A DNA stretch of 64,000 nucleotides from NCBI GenBank assembly GCA_951406725.2, contig OX597822.1:88784001-88848000 (forward strand), read 5' to 3'. Positions 39,791 to 52,859 of this stretch are shown here, piece by piece. Origin of the DNA: Octopus vulgaris (lineage: Eukaryota). Numbering within the stretch: the stretch's first letter is position 1; each line of letters begins with the position of its first letter. Under the pieces are notes generated by a model, which was given only the letters and a program-made list of their open reading frames with translations, was not told the DNA's origin and made no database searches. The position numbers and the translations under genes were made by a program.

Positions 39791-40370
39791 GTCATTAAGA
39801 ATGAAATGTCTGATTTTGAACTGAAAGTTTATTTTACTTTATCTCAACAAAAAGCAATGCAGTTAATCAAAGTATGCATCTAAATTATCAACACAATTTT
39901 GCCATTTTATTGGTAGCTTATTTATGCCAGTAGCAAAGAATCCTGGAGAGCATGAGGTGATGAAATCACAAACGGCTGTTTTTGCATCTACTTCAGATTT
40001 GAAGTTTTTTCCTTGCAAAAAGATTCTAATGCCTGGAAACATGATAGTCAGTTGGTGCAAGGTCTGGTGAATATGGTGGATGACAGAGTACTTCCTAGTT
40101 CAGTTCCTGTAACTTGAGTAGCATTCTTTGTGCAACAAGTGGTCGAGAATTGTCTTGCAAGAGAATTTGCCTGTCTCTATTGATCAATCTTGGTTGTTTA
40201 ATTGCAAGTTCACTCATCATTTCATCCAACTGGTTGATGTATACATCCGCTGTAATTGATTTACCAGGTCTCATAAAGCTGTAGTGGATGACACCAGCGC
40301 TGGACTACTAAACAAACATCATTAGATTTTTTTGGTGAATATTCTGTTTTTGGATTGTGTTTTGGCACTT
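39787..40370 (-). mobile_element. mariner (DD34D-like) transposon 3' relic
   Basis: Minus-strand HPPYSPDLAPTDYH motif followed by FLQGKNF and GINKLPIKWQNCVD; TIR-like end abuts a TA tract. Confidence 0.88.
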
Positions 40371-41284
40371 TGTCTCTGTATACATTCTCAGCAGCCTCTG
40401 TTCTTCATGACTCTTCTGCAAGCACCAGAAATTCCACGAGTTCTATAGGCCTTACTCAGAGTACAATCTGTAAATTCTTGATTACCATTCATTCTTGCTG
40501 CAGTTCTCCACCTACTGGCCCTTGGTTCTCTCCCTCTCTTGAGCCTCCTCCATCCTCTCACTGCAGAACACAGTTTACTCCCAATAAAACTACTGAAGCA
40601 AGGGCTGGGTGATGTGCGCTGGAAACTTTAGCAGTTTCTCCAGATTAGCTGCTATCACCCAGTCCTATGCCATGGAAAGTAATCCCTCAGAGTTGCTCTG
40701 GGTCTTTTCATTATCCTTTCTCTTGCCATTTTTGTTGTTTGTTGATCCCCTTCCTGTTTTCTTAAGCAATTATCATGATATATGAAAATTTCAACAAATA
40801 CCTTTTAGAGTGTGTAGATTGCAATTATACAGGAATTTAGTATGAAAATGCAAAGTAGTGAGATAGTGCACACACACACACAAGTAGATATCAAAAGGAT
40901 ATGTGTTGTTTTGGAACAAACATACCAAAGAAGCCACAACTTTCAAGCACATTTATCCTATGTACAACAGTATCGGTAAATAAATTCAGCAAGTAAATGT
41001 ATGACCAACTCCTAAATATATAACTAAACAATGAACAAACCTTTAAGTCAAACAAAAAATATTCCCTACTGTCTTCCATAGTATAATATAAAAGTGAAAG
41101 CTTAATAACCACATTCATTCAATCTAAATATAGGCAAGATTAAACATTAACTTTAAAATGAAACTACAACAAAGAAACACATAAATCAATGTACATCGGT
41201 ATTGGTATTAATAGAAAACCTATAATAACTAAATTATATACTAAATAGCAACCAATCTTTAAGTCAATCATACACATATATGTG

Positions 41285-41406
<122 letters not shown>

Positions 41407-41457
41407 TATACATACATATATATATATATATGTGTGTGTGTATATATACATATATAT

Positions 41458-42152
41458 GTATATTGGCAGGGCTTACTGCTAGGGAGTCGGCCGTATGCTA
41501 GAAATAGACCATCAACGATCAAACTACAAGGAAATTCTCTAGAGGAAAAATACTGGACTACTGGTTTTAAATTGATATTAAAATTAAAATTAATTTATCT
41601 CCCTCATTATTAAATACTGAAATAAATACGTTCTCTAGTACAAAGCACCGACCACAGTGAATTATTTACTGCAGCCCTTCGCCTCAGAAATTTATTAGCG
41701 CGCCAGATCCAAGACATTTGAAATTTTATCACTGGTGTAATCGGTAAAGCTACACACGTGTCTGTACTGGCACGAAAGCTGGGGTTAGCTTTTCAGTTTA
41801 CATCACAATGAACGGATGCACTGAAGAAGCACGGACATTTGAATTACGTAAATAATTCTTTTGTTAAGGCTGAAACCGAGGTATGCATTTAATTCTGTTT
41901 TTAATATAAATTTTCATATGTCATGCCCGCCAAAGTTGGTTCTGGTGTTCGCTGTATTTTTCCTCTAGAGAATTTCCTTGTAGTTTGATCGTTGATGGTC
42001 TATTTCTAGCATACGGCCGACTCCCTAGCAGTAAGCCCTGCCAATATACCCATATATTAGAATTTTCTCTGATTTCTCAGATTTTTGTATGCTGGACTAC
42101 TGGTTTTAAATTGATATTAAAATTAAAAATAAATTTATCTCCCTCATTATTA
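41458..42152 (+). mobile_element. Small non-coding hammerhead-bearing retroelement (Penelope-type non-autonomous or retrozyme-like)
   Basis: Perfect 96-bp inverted repeat (41458-41553 / 41954-42049), ~60-bp direct repeat (41553-41612 / 42092-42152), internal hammerhead, flanked by TA/CA microsatellites, no long ORF. Confidence 0.75.
41815..41889 (+). ncRNA. Type I hammerhead ribozyme
   Basis: Stem I GATGCA/TGCATT, CTGAAGA 41821-41827, stem II AGC/GCT extended by GAATTA/TAATTC, GAAA 41872-41875, helix III CC-GA-GG, GUA triplet ending at 41883. Confidence 0.85.
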
Positions 42153-42190
42153 TATACATATATATATATATACATACATATATATATATA

Positions 42191-42242
<52 letters not shown>

Positions 42243-42426
42243 CATACATATATATATATATGTGTGTGTGTGTGCGTATATATATATATATATACATATA
42301 TATAAATATATATATATACATACATATATATATATATATATACACGTATATATATATATATACATACATATACACGTATATATATATATATATATACATA
42401 CATATACATACATACATATATATATA

Positions 42427-43986
42427 TGCCTCCCCTGGTCTCGATGGAGTTACATACCTGCTTCTCAAACGTGGCAGGCACTTCCTTTTACACCAGCTTT
42501 CTATTTTCTTCCAGTACTGTCTCAACAATGGTGCTACTCCGGAGCAGTGGAAAACTGCCAGTGTCATTCCTCTGTTCAAAAAGGGTGACCGCACATCACC
42601 TGTCAACTATCGCCCAGTCAGTCTCACTAGCTGTATTGCAAAACTGATGGAATCGTGTGTCAGAGAAACACTCTGGAACTTCTGGAGCTCTCACAGTCTC
42701 ATCCGACCCTCACAATATGGATTTGTCCCTAACTCCAGCTGCAGTGACCAGCTTGTCGAGTTCCTTGAGGACATTACTCAGGACAGTGGCTCATGGGTGG
42801 ATGTTGTCTACTGACAGTGGCTCATGGGTGGATGTTGTCTACCTTGACTTTGCTAAGGCTTTCAACTCTGTGCCACACAAAAGGCTTATGGTGAAACTCT
42901 CTGCAATGGGTGTGGGGGATGACCTTTTTAACTGGTTGAAATCCTTCATCCTCAGCCGAAAGGAGGTAGTCACAGTTCTAGGACAGCACTCTACACCATA
43001 TGAGATGTCATCGGGTGTACCACAGGGATCTGTCCTTGGTCCCCTCCTGTTTGTGGCATACATTAATGACATAGATGCCAATTTAAAGAATGCCACAGTA
43101 TTGAAATATGCAGACGACATCAAGCTGTACCTTGAAATCAAGAGGACTGATCCTGATGTCTACAACTCTTTCCTGCAATCAGACCTAGACACAATGCAGC
43201 AATGGATCACAGACTGGCAACTGAAACTGGCTGTGGACAAGTGTACCACCATGCATTTTGGGAGAAAAAACCCTGCGTCCACATACTCCCTCCACAACAC
43301 TGATATCAAGAAATCCTCTTGCGAGCGTGACCTAGGCATCACTGTCAGCAGTGATTTGCGTTGGACAAAGCATATCTCTAAAATTGTCAAGAAGGCCGAG
43401 GGTGTCTTGGCATCACTCAGCAAGACTTTTGTTAGCCGCTCTCCAGCCATCTATTTAAAACTGTATACAGCTATGGTACGACCACACTTGGAATTCGCAT
43501 CATCAGTTTGGAATCCCTATCTTGCTCAGAACATTGACCTCCTGGAATCTGTCCAGAGACGTGCAACCAAACGCATACCCTCCATCAGACACCTACCATA
43601 TTCTGAGCGCCTTGTTTCCCTGGGCATGGATTCACTGAAGCTCCGGCGTCTAGCGACGGACTTGGTAAACACCCACAAGGTTATCAACCACCTCACCAAC
43701 AACAACACTGAACACCTTTTTGATCTCCATGTGTCTAACACACGTAGACATGCCTACAAAGTCAGAAAACAGCACAGCTCCCATGACTTTCGGAAACATT
43801 TTTTCACGCTCAGGGTTGCTGAAGCGTGGAATAAACTGCCTGCATCAGTTGTTGACTGCCATGACACTGCATCCTTTAAGGCCCTCATGCTTCCCGAAAT
43901 CCGTCGAAACTACACCTGATTATATATACACTTTAGATGAGTTGTAGTGCACCTGAGCACTGTACACAATTATTATTATTATTATT
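42427..43986 (+). mobile_element. 5'-truncated CR1-clade LINE with near-intact RT
   Basis: [44 protein letters not shown] and ERDLG motifs; (ATT)n tail; inserted in (TA)n. Confidence 0.95.
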
Positions 43987-43998
43987 ATATATACATAC

Positions 43999-44079
<81 letters not shown>

Positions 44080-44084
<5 letters not shown>

Positions 44085-44286
44085 AAATAAGCAACAAGGA
44101 TATCCAAGGTAGAGTAGTACAATTGTTTCATGCTACTTAATTTTATTAAACACTGTAAGTATTACATCAGTTTTAAAATGCTCAACATTTTAAAACTGAT
44201 GTAATACTTACAGTGTTTAATAAAATGAAGTAGCATGAAACAATTGTACTACTCTACCTTGGATATCCTTGTTGCTTATTTCGATA
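44080..44286. repeat. Near-perfect 101-bp-arm palindrome (Penelope-like inverted end)
   Basis: Arms 44080-44180 and 44186-44286, 5-nt loop CTCAA, two mismatches seen; contains the hammerhead 3' half GAAACAATTGTA. Confidence 0.9.
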
Positions 44287-45162
44287 ATAATCACCCCATT
44301 TGATTTATATGGATAATACCATACAAAATTAAGTACCATATTCATCTGAATCTAAATTTTGCTGAAGCATGACCTTCGAACGTTGGACCTCACAAAGGCA
44401 ATGACGAAAGACTGAGACCTCTGGAGATATGCTGTGATTGCAAAGACCCGACAATAACATGAGTTCATGGCTGTTTCCTGCACCAGCTTCACATAGAAGC
44501 CCCAGCCCATCCAAAGTACCTTGGATCACAGGACGGCCTGCTATGCTTACCTTGGATCATAGGGCGACCTGCTTTGCTTGAGGAGGCCTATTGAATCAAG
44601 TACATCAACATCAAAAAGTCAAATGGAAATTGTAGTTGTGATACCTGTGCCGGTGGCACGTAAAAAGCACCCACTACACTCACGGAATGGTTGGCGTTAG
44701 GTAGGGCATCCAGCTGTAGAAACACTGCCAGATCAGACTGGAGCCTGGTGCAGCCCCCTGGCTTCCCAGACCCTGGCCAAACCGTCCAACCCATGCTAGC
44801 ATGAAAAACGGACGTTAAACGATGATGACGATATATATATATATATATATATATACATACACACATATATATATACATACATACACACATATATACACAT
44901 ACACATGTATATATACACATGCACACATATATATATACACATATATGTCCATATACATACATGTCTATATATATATATATATATATATCATCATCATCAT
45001 CATCATCATCGTTTAACGTTCGCTTTCCATGCTAGCATGGGTTGGACGGTTCAACTGGGGTCTGGCAAGCCCGAAGGCTGCACCAGGCCAGTCAGATCTG
45101 GCAGTGTTTCTACAGCTGGATGCCCTTCCTAACGCCAACCACTCCGAGAGTGTAGTGGGTGA

Positions 45163-45445
45163 TTTTATGTGCCACCGACACAGGTGCCAGACGAGGCTGG
45201 CAGACGGCCACGCTCGGATGGTGTTTTTTATGTGCCACCGACACAGGTGCCAGACGAGGCTGGCAGACGGCCACGCTCGGATGGTGTTTTCTTATGTGTC
45301 ACCGGCACAGGTGCCAGACGGGGCTGGCGAACGTCCACGCTCGAATGGTGTTTGTTACGTGCCCTCAGCATGGAGGCCAGTCGATGCGGTACTGGCTACG
45401 GTCACGTTCAGATGGTTTTCTTATGTGCCACCGGCACTGGTACCA
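45163..45445 (-). repeat. About 4.5 tandem copies of a 63-66-bp unit within an RTE-type 3' UTR
   Basis: Units start at about 45167, 45230, 45294, 45357 and 45423; similar repeats occur in the 3' part of the element at 60150-60360. Confidence 0.85.
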
Positions 45446-45678
45446 TAAAGGATACAAATAGGATACAAATTCCATCTATTTTGATTTGGTTTTGATTTTG
45501 ATTTTCACTTGCCTCAACAGGTCTTCTCAAGTGTCACAATAAGGAAGGTATGCACAGGTGGACTGACTACGTCCCAGGTACGGGCCACGGGTTATGGCTT
45601 CACTAGTCTTACAAATATACATATATATATATATACACGTACACACACACACATATATATATATATATACGTACACGT

Positions 45679-45727
<49 letters not shown>

Positions 45728-46490
45728 CACACACATATGCATATATAGGTACAGGATGTCACCAAAAGTAACCAACATGAAATACAAAAACAAATTAGTT
45801 CAATAGGTAAACAAGAGCAACAAATGGAAAACAGGACAAGTAACATAAAGAACGACCCTTCATCAGTTGTCAGCTGTCTATCTACTCCTCGTTACGAGCA
45901 TTGAACGACAAAACGAGTTGCTCCCATAAGTACCAAAAGAAATTTTGGGATTTATGGAGGGTTAAAGTTGGGAACAAAAACGGGTCAGTGGATACATACA
46001 AGGCTAAGTGTGTGGTGTGTGTATACACATACATACAAACACGCACGTCAGATACAGTTTCTAGTATGAGAGTTCTGGGGTTTTGAGAAGTGTGGAATAA
46101 CCTGTTGACTACTATTGTTCCTAGTCTACTCAAACTCAGGGTAGTAGCACTTGTTAGGGTCCCAGCTATGTGTCAACTAACATGGAGTGAAGGACTCCTA
46201 AGTTCTCATTTGAAATTCATTCTAGTCGGTTTCTCATGGTCTCGACCTCTGATGTGCCATGTTATAGCTGACTACTTAGAAAAGTGGATTCCGTTCTGTG
46301 CATCACCTTATCAACCCAAAATGAATTCATGCACAGTAACTTCTTAGAGTTTGGGCTCTCAGAACATATACATGTTCTTACTCAGTCACCAGTTGACTTC
46401 CACCATATATAAATATAAATATATATATATTAATAAGTTTGAAAATGGAGAAATCCAATGAATATAGATTAATTTATTAATTATTTAACC

Positions 46491-46593
46491 TTGTCTACAA
46501 TTGTTTCACGTCGCACTCAATTTAAATTACAAAACATATATAATAATAAAAGTTTGCATTTTGAGTAGTCTGGGTGTAAGATCTTCAGGGCAA
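46491..46593 (-). ncRNA. Degenerate type I hammerhead in a TA-flanked insert
   Basis: Minus strand TTGCC CTGAAGA ... GAAA CAATTG TA GACAA; one mismatch in stem I, base of stem II unpaired, distal ACTCAA/TTGAGT still pairs. Confidence 0.55.
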
Positions 46594-46840
46594 TATGAAC
46601 ATTATAGAGTTTACATTTTGATCAATTGAAATACTCCAACAGACTACATACATATATATGCACAAACACACACACATATATATATATATGTGCGTGTGTG
46701 TGTGGTCGGCGTTAGGAAGGGCATCCAGCTGTAGAAACTCTGCCAGATCAGATTGGAGTCTGGTGCAGCCATCTGGTTCGCCAGACCTCAGTCAAATCAT
46801 CCAACACATCCTAGCATGGAAAGCGGACTTTAAACGATGA

Positions 46841-46884
<44 letters not shown>

Positions 46885-47888
46885 CTATTTCCAGCAACTA
46901 TCTACATAATCATTACTTAATTATGTTCCCAAAACTGGGACGATTATACCTTTACAAAATGAAATTAATATGGCTACAACCGAGAATCAAAACCGGATCA
47001 ACCATCGATTGTTATTGTTTTGCTTTGATCCTCACGTACCAGTCTAATTTTGTATAAAACTATGGAGTGGGGGTAGGGGTGGGGGTGCAATCACTAGAAT
47101 TATTCTCCAGTATTTTACTGTTTGTTGTATATTTAACCCCCCCCCAACCATGATTAAACTCTCTCTCTTAAGGGAACTTTTCAACTGATACCAGCTAAAG
47201 TTTGAGAAAGTGAAAGTTGTGAGTTATATCCAAAGATCGCCTTATATGGGACCCCATTATGTAAAATGTCCTTTCTTTCTTTTAGAATTGCAGGATGTGG
47301 CTTGAGAAAGCTCTGGCTGCCTGCTGTTTCTAGCAGATGAACAGTCTGTTTAGCCTGAGATCAATCTTGTTTACAAATATCAATATATAAAGGCACTCCA
47401 GCCATGACCAATACGCCTTTTAAGGACATGTCTAGTACTACATTACTCATGGTATCCTTAACATACTGGAAATAGCAACTAAATATTTCTTAAATAGCAC
47501 CATACCGACTTAAGGGTACAATTTAAAAGAGATTTAGTTGCTATTTCTAGTATATTAAATGGCTGCGTAAAGGCTCCTTCGTTTGTTCGTCTTTATTAAG
47601 ATAACTGTATTGATCCTGGACAGATATAGCAAAGCAGGTCCAAGACAATTCTTACAAGTCACCCAACAAAGAAAGAAGCTATGAAATCAGTTACGATAAA
47701 ATGTTTTCATCTTTATCTGCCATACGACGATCATAAAACGAAAACATGCCTACACGGAACTACTTGATTGTCCCATTTAATTAGTTCCAAACGTCATATA
47801 AACCTTACATCATAGAATTAATGTATATTAATTTAGATAAGAGAAAATAATTAGCGATTGATAAAAAGAATTAAGTAAATATCTTTAC

Positions 47889-48060
47889 CTGTATTCTGCT
47901 TTCATCCATGTGGAATTTCGACAATGGAGAAATGCTATAACATGGCTCCAGAAGTTCGTCTGTTTTCGTGAATACTCGTAAACGGGATATACAAAAGTTG
48001 GAAGGCACTGATGAAAAAAGAAATTTCGGTTTTCACATTTAAGATTTGCCATTTAGAAGA
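47889..48060 (-). other. MLX: Putative non-coding first exon of MLX (5' boundary approximate)
   Basis: Donor CAG|GTAAAG at 47889/47888, locally CpG-retaining unique sequence, promoter-like motifs just upstream; linkage to MLX is inferred. Confidence 0.5.
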
Positions 48061-48075
48061 CGTGACGGAAAGAAA
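48040..48075 (-). promoter_or_regulatory. Candidate housekeeping promoter core for MLX
   Basis: YY1-like GCCATTT (48048-48054), CRE/ATF-like GACGTGA (48059-48065) and ETS-like CGGAA (48066-48070) clustered in CpG-retaining sequence. Confidence 0.4.
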
Positions 48076-51000
48076 TGTAAAAAATTCATAATATGATTAT
48101 GAAAATGTACTTAAAGTAAACAATTACAAGAAAATAATAACATAGTCCTAATATGGAAAAAAGTGAAATGTGCGAGTAATAAATTTCTGATAATATTTTA
48201 AAATCTATTCCAAAATAAGTTTTATGATAAAATCTAAAATATATTAAAAATTAGCAGAAAACAAAAAATACCAGGAAGTAATGATTTTTTCTTTCAATTT
48301 TAAATTTGCTTTCAGTTTATACATTTTTTTTACCTCCCTTCCTTTATTTATTAAATACTTCATTTAAATTCTGAAGTTTGTGTATAAATGTATGTACACA
48401 CACGTATGTATATATTGTTCCCTTCTAGCATAGGTTTGTTGGTTTGACAGGATCCAACAAGTCCAAGGACTGCATCATGCTCTGTTGTTTATTTTGGAAG
48501 TGTTTCCACAGCTGGATGCACTTCTCAAGGCCAACAACTTTACAATATATACGGACTGCTCTTTTTTGGTGCTACCAGCACTAATGGTTGTCCAATGAAA
48601 ATCGTTATTGACAATAATACCCAGTTCATATTCACTAACACTTCTTAAGATTGGTGTTGTTGAAGAAGTGTGTAAAAGTTGGGTTTTACCTTCCACAATG
48701 AATGATAGTGCACTTATCCACAGCTGGCTTAAGTTGTCAATTGGTAATCCATTGTTCCATTGTGTCCAGGTCTGATTGCAGGAAAGATCTATAGTATATA
48801 GGATCTTTTCTTTTTATCTCAAGGTACAACTTGATTTCATCTGCATATTTCAACAATGTAGCATTTATAGATGGATAGGTTGTGGATCAATCTAATGTGA
48901 CTCTATTCAGAAGGCTGTAATATCATTTGACAAGAAACCTAGTATAAGGAATACATAAAACAAGGCTGTGACTTTATATGTGGCCATACTTATATACCCA
49001 AGCTGAATGATAAATGAAAATGGTTTCATGCATGGAGGCATGGTCTTCTCCTGTGCGATAGCTGCTACTGGTGTGTGGTGTGAGAAAGAGCCAGTTAGGT
49101 TACATCTTCACAGTCTTAAAGCAAAAGTCTTAAAGCCACGTGTCAGAATCTCACACTCTGACATCATCTAGCAAGCTTGTTTTAAACCTGCTGTCAAGCG
49201 GGGTAGCTGTGCCTACAGAGGCTCCCCCACTTAGACTGGAAGCAGTCAAATAAGAGTAGTGTAAGCAGAGTAGGTGTGCACCAAAAGAGTAAAGAAGAAC
49301 GAACCATGTCAAAACAGTTGCATGAACAATTGAAAAAAAAAATGCAGTGCAAGTATGTACAAGGAAAACATTCAGCAAAGAAAGGTGTCCAATCAAATAG
49401 AACAGAGTATATATGTATAATGATACAGAAAGAGAGAAAATGTGAATGCAGTGTCTATAACAACATAAGTCTATTCTCTGGAACAGTCACTGGTGAGGCA
49501 AAGTTAAGAAACGTAAATAGTCTGAGAAACAGAACGTCTGACCTGCACATGTGATAACAACTGTCTGGCAAACTGGAAATCACAGGATGCAAAAGTCAAA
49601 GTGCTTGAGATGCAATGTTGGCTGCTGAGACATGAGCAGTGCCAAGACTTTGCCTGCAAGAGCAGTGAGTCGCTTGTAGTGGGAAAAAAATGTCATACTA
49701 CAAATACTCTTCAAATCATTTAATGTTTCCCACTATTTTAAAATCTATTGCACTTTAAACATAGAATATTTATTTCATTACTCTATCTTAAAATATAATA
49801 TATTATTCAACACATGTTGTTTCTGTGTACATAATATGTCACTATGTAAATATGTACTTTGATCTACAAATGTTCTAGATTACATCTCATTCCCTTGTTA
49901 ACAAAGCAGCATCTTAATTTGAAAAGAAAATGTGAAAAACTACAAATAATTTATCTTCAAACAAACAGTGATAGCAGCACACTTCTTATGTGGCAATGCT
50001 GGCAAACTGCATTTTTATGAATTCAAACCTTACTTATCACATTGTATTATGACACTTGGTAAGATATATTGCTTGATTTACAAATGAAACATCTTAAACG
50101 GTGGAAAATCAGAATTTTGTAACAAATATCATTAATCCAACAAGATTAGTACGTTTTTTTTTTAATCTGCTGCTACATATCTCTGTTGAAAGACATTGTC
50201 TTTGTTTCAATTAAATTTGAAAATAAAAGAAGAATTTAGTAAAATCACTCTGTCACAATCAAGTCAGTGTTTGGAATATAAATTAACATCAAATTTTGGT
50301 GGAACGTTTTAATTTATATTACTTTAACATTTTTTTTTTACTATATTGCTGTTACAATGTGCTGCCTTTTGTTTTGATAAATTTTGAAAATAATAAAGAG
50401 TTTAGTAAAATAATTTTCTCATTATGAAGCTAGTGTTTGAAACATAAATTTAACATGAAATTTTAATTGAAAGTTTTAAATTTAGATCACTTCAGAGCAA
50501 AATACTTGTATCATAAGACCAGAGGTGGTCTCATGTGGGTTGGAATCAAGAGAGTTAAAGCAGTAAGAAAATGTCATATTCTTGTTGTTTGGGCCCAGGA
50601 CAGTTGCAAGTATTCAGACCAAGTCTCCTCCTGTATAAATCTAAACTATTGATCATTATTTCTTCTTCCCTTTCTTCTACAAGTCTCAAAAACACTAAAA
50701 ATGGTCATGATGATTGCCTTTCCTCCTCTAACCATAAAAATAATAATATATTATAATCTCTATTAAATAATGGCCAATACAAATGTTCAGTGGGTAATTG
50801 GTTGGTTATATAGAAATAAGGGTGGGGAGTAAAACAGAAATACAGAAAGAGACAACAAGAGAGGTGCAAGATGAGTGTCCATATTAGACTTGGTTGGAAG
50901 CAATGAGTGAAAATGTTGCACATAAACCATACTTAGAGAGAAGAATCAATAGAGATTGGGTAAGAAGTAAATAACAGAGTAGTTCTTTTGTAAACGTTCT

Positions 51001-51267
51001 TATAATATTTTTGTCAATATTTCAAAATGAATTGTCAATTTGCAAATTACTTTTACATATATCTTTTATATATAAATATATATTTATATAACTTTGCAGG
51101 CGCAGGCATGTGTGTGTGTGTGTGGTAAGAATTTTGCTTCTCAACTATATGGTCCCGGGTTCAGTCCCACTGTATGGCACCTTGGGCAAGTGACTTTTAC
51201 TAAAGCCTTGAGCTGACCAAAGCCTTGTGAGTAAATTTGGTAGATGGAAACTGAAATAAGCTTATGG

Positions 51268-51303
<36 letters not shown>

Positions 51304-51795
51304 TATATACATACATACACACACACACAAACAGGTATGGTGATGCAAACAGGAAAAATAAAACTCAAAATGTAAATATATGTATATTCTTATTAACATT
51401 TAGCAGAAGCAGTTTTGTTGCTTCTGCTGAATATTGTAGTAAATTTGACTTACAGCTGATTATGATAATCATTATAAGTTTGTTCATTGATTGGTTTACT
51501 CAAATGGTCCATTGATCAGTTGAGAAAAATTGAACAACCCAGAGGATGAATGTGTGTGTGTGTGTCTCTGTACTTTGTGTCTGTGCTTGTTTCCCACTAA
51601 TACTTGACAACTGCTGTTGGTGTGTTTACATCTCCATAACCTAATAGTACAGCAATAGGGACAGATAGAATCAGTAACAGGTTTTTAAAAAATAGGTACA
51701 GGTGTTGATTCATTTGACTAAAATTCTTCACGACAGTGCCCCCCCCCCCCAACATAGGCCCAATCTAATGGTTGAAACATGTAAAAGATTATATA

Positions 51796-51938
<143 letters not shown>

Positions 51939-51963
51939 TCATCATCATCATCGTTTATGATGA

Positions 51964-52042
<79 letters not shown>

Positions 52043-52069
52043 TATACATACATACATATATATATATAT

Positions 52070-52100
<31 letters not shown>

Positions 52101-52111
52101 ATAATAATAAA

Positions 52112-52365
52112 TATTAGGGAATAAATCCAAATTTACAAGGAAAAATCAGATTTAAGATTGAATCCAATTTTATAATAAAATATTATATTATAATAAATTA
52201 GAGACAAAACCACTATTATGCAAATCAAACAAAGAAAGACTTAAGCCAATACATAAAATAATTATGTAGTGGTTATTCATTTGTTAAATTTTAATTTATA
52301 TAAATTATTTTATATAAAGTCTTTCTTTGTTTGATTTGCATAATAGTGGTTTTGTCTCTAATTTA
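52112..52365. repeat. TA-embedded insert with a perfect 49-bp inverted repeat
   Basis: Arms 52194-52242 and 52317-52365, flanked by (TA)n on both sides. Confidence 0.8.
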
Positions 52366-52434
<69 letters not shown>

Positions 52435-52798
52435 TATATAATTGTATGGTAAATGAAAGACAGAAGATGGAATATATGAGAATTTTTATTAATCACTTTT
52501 GGTTTGACACATCTAGCATCAATCCCTCATAGGTGGGACACTTAACAACTGGCATGGCTGTGTGGTAAGAAACTTGCTTTCCAACCACATGATTCCACAT
52601 TCAGTCCCACTGCATGGCACTCTGGGCAAGTGTCTTCAACTATAGCCTCATCATGTATATGTATGTATATATGTATATATATATATATATATATTGATAA
52701 AAATTGTAAGACAACAAAAGAATGAAAGAGACCTCAATATTATGTAAATAGAGGAATTTATCTATAAATGTAATATGTGACAATCATTCAGTAGCCAT

Positions 52799-52859
52799 GA
52801 TAAAACTCAGAGTTTCGGATGCCGAGGTGGAAATCCACGCCACCATCTCTTCAGTTATC
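52799..52859 (-). ncRNA. Type I hammerhead ribozyme
   Basis: Minus strand reads GATAA CTGAAGA GATGGTGGCGTGGATTTCCACCTCGGCATCC GAAA CTCTGAG TT TTATC: stem I GATAA/TTATC, bulged stem II, near-palindromic helix III, GUU triplet. Confidence 0.75.

Noticed and set aside
45163-45445. Regular 63-66-bp repeats resembling a CRISPR array
   Set aside because: Whole units repeat without unique spacers, they lie inside a LINE 3' UTR, the context is eukaryotic and there are no cas genes.
45850-45900. CTGATGA on the minus strand as another hammerhead
   Set aside because: I could not find a compatible stem II-GAAA-helix III-UH arrangement.
48008-48030. CTGATGA-AAAAA-GAAA as a hammerhead
   Set aside because: No stem II or stem I pairing; probably a chance match.
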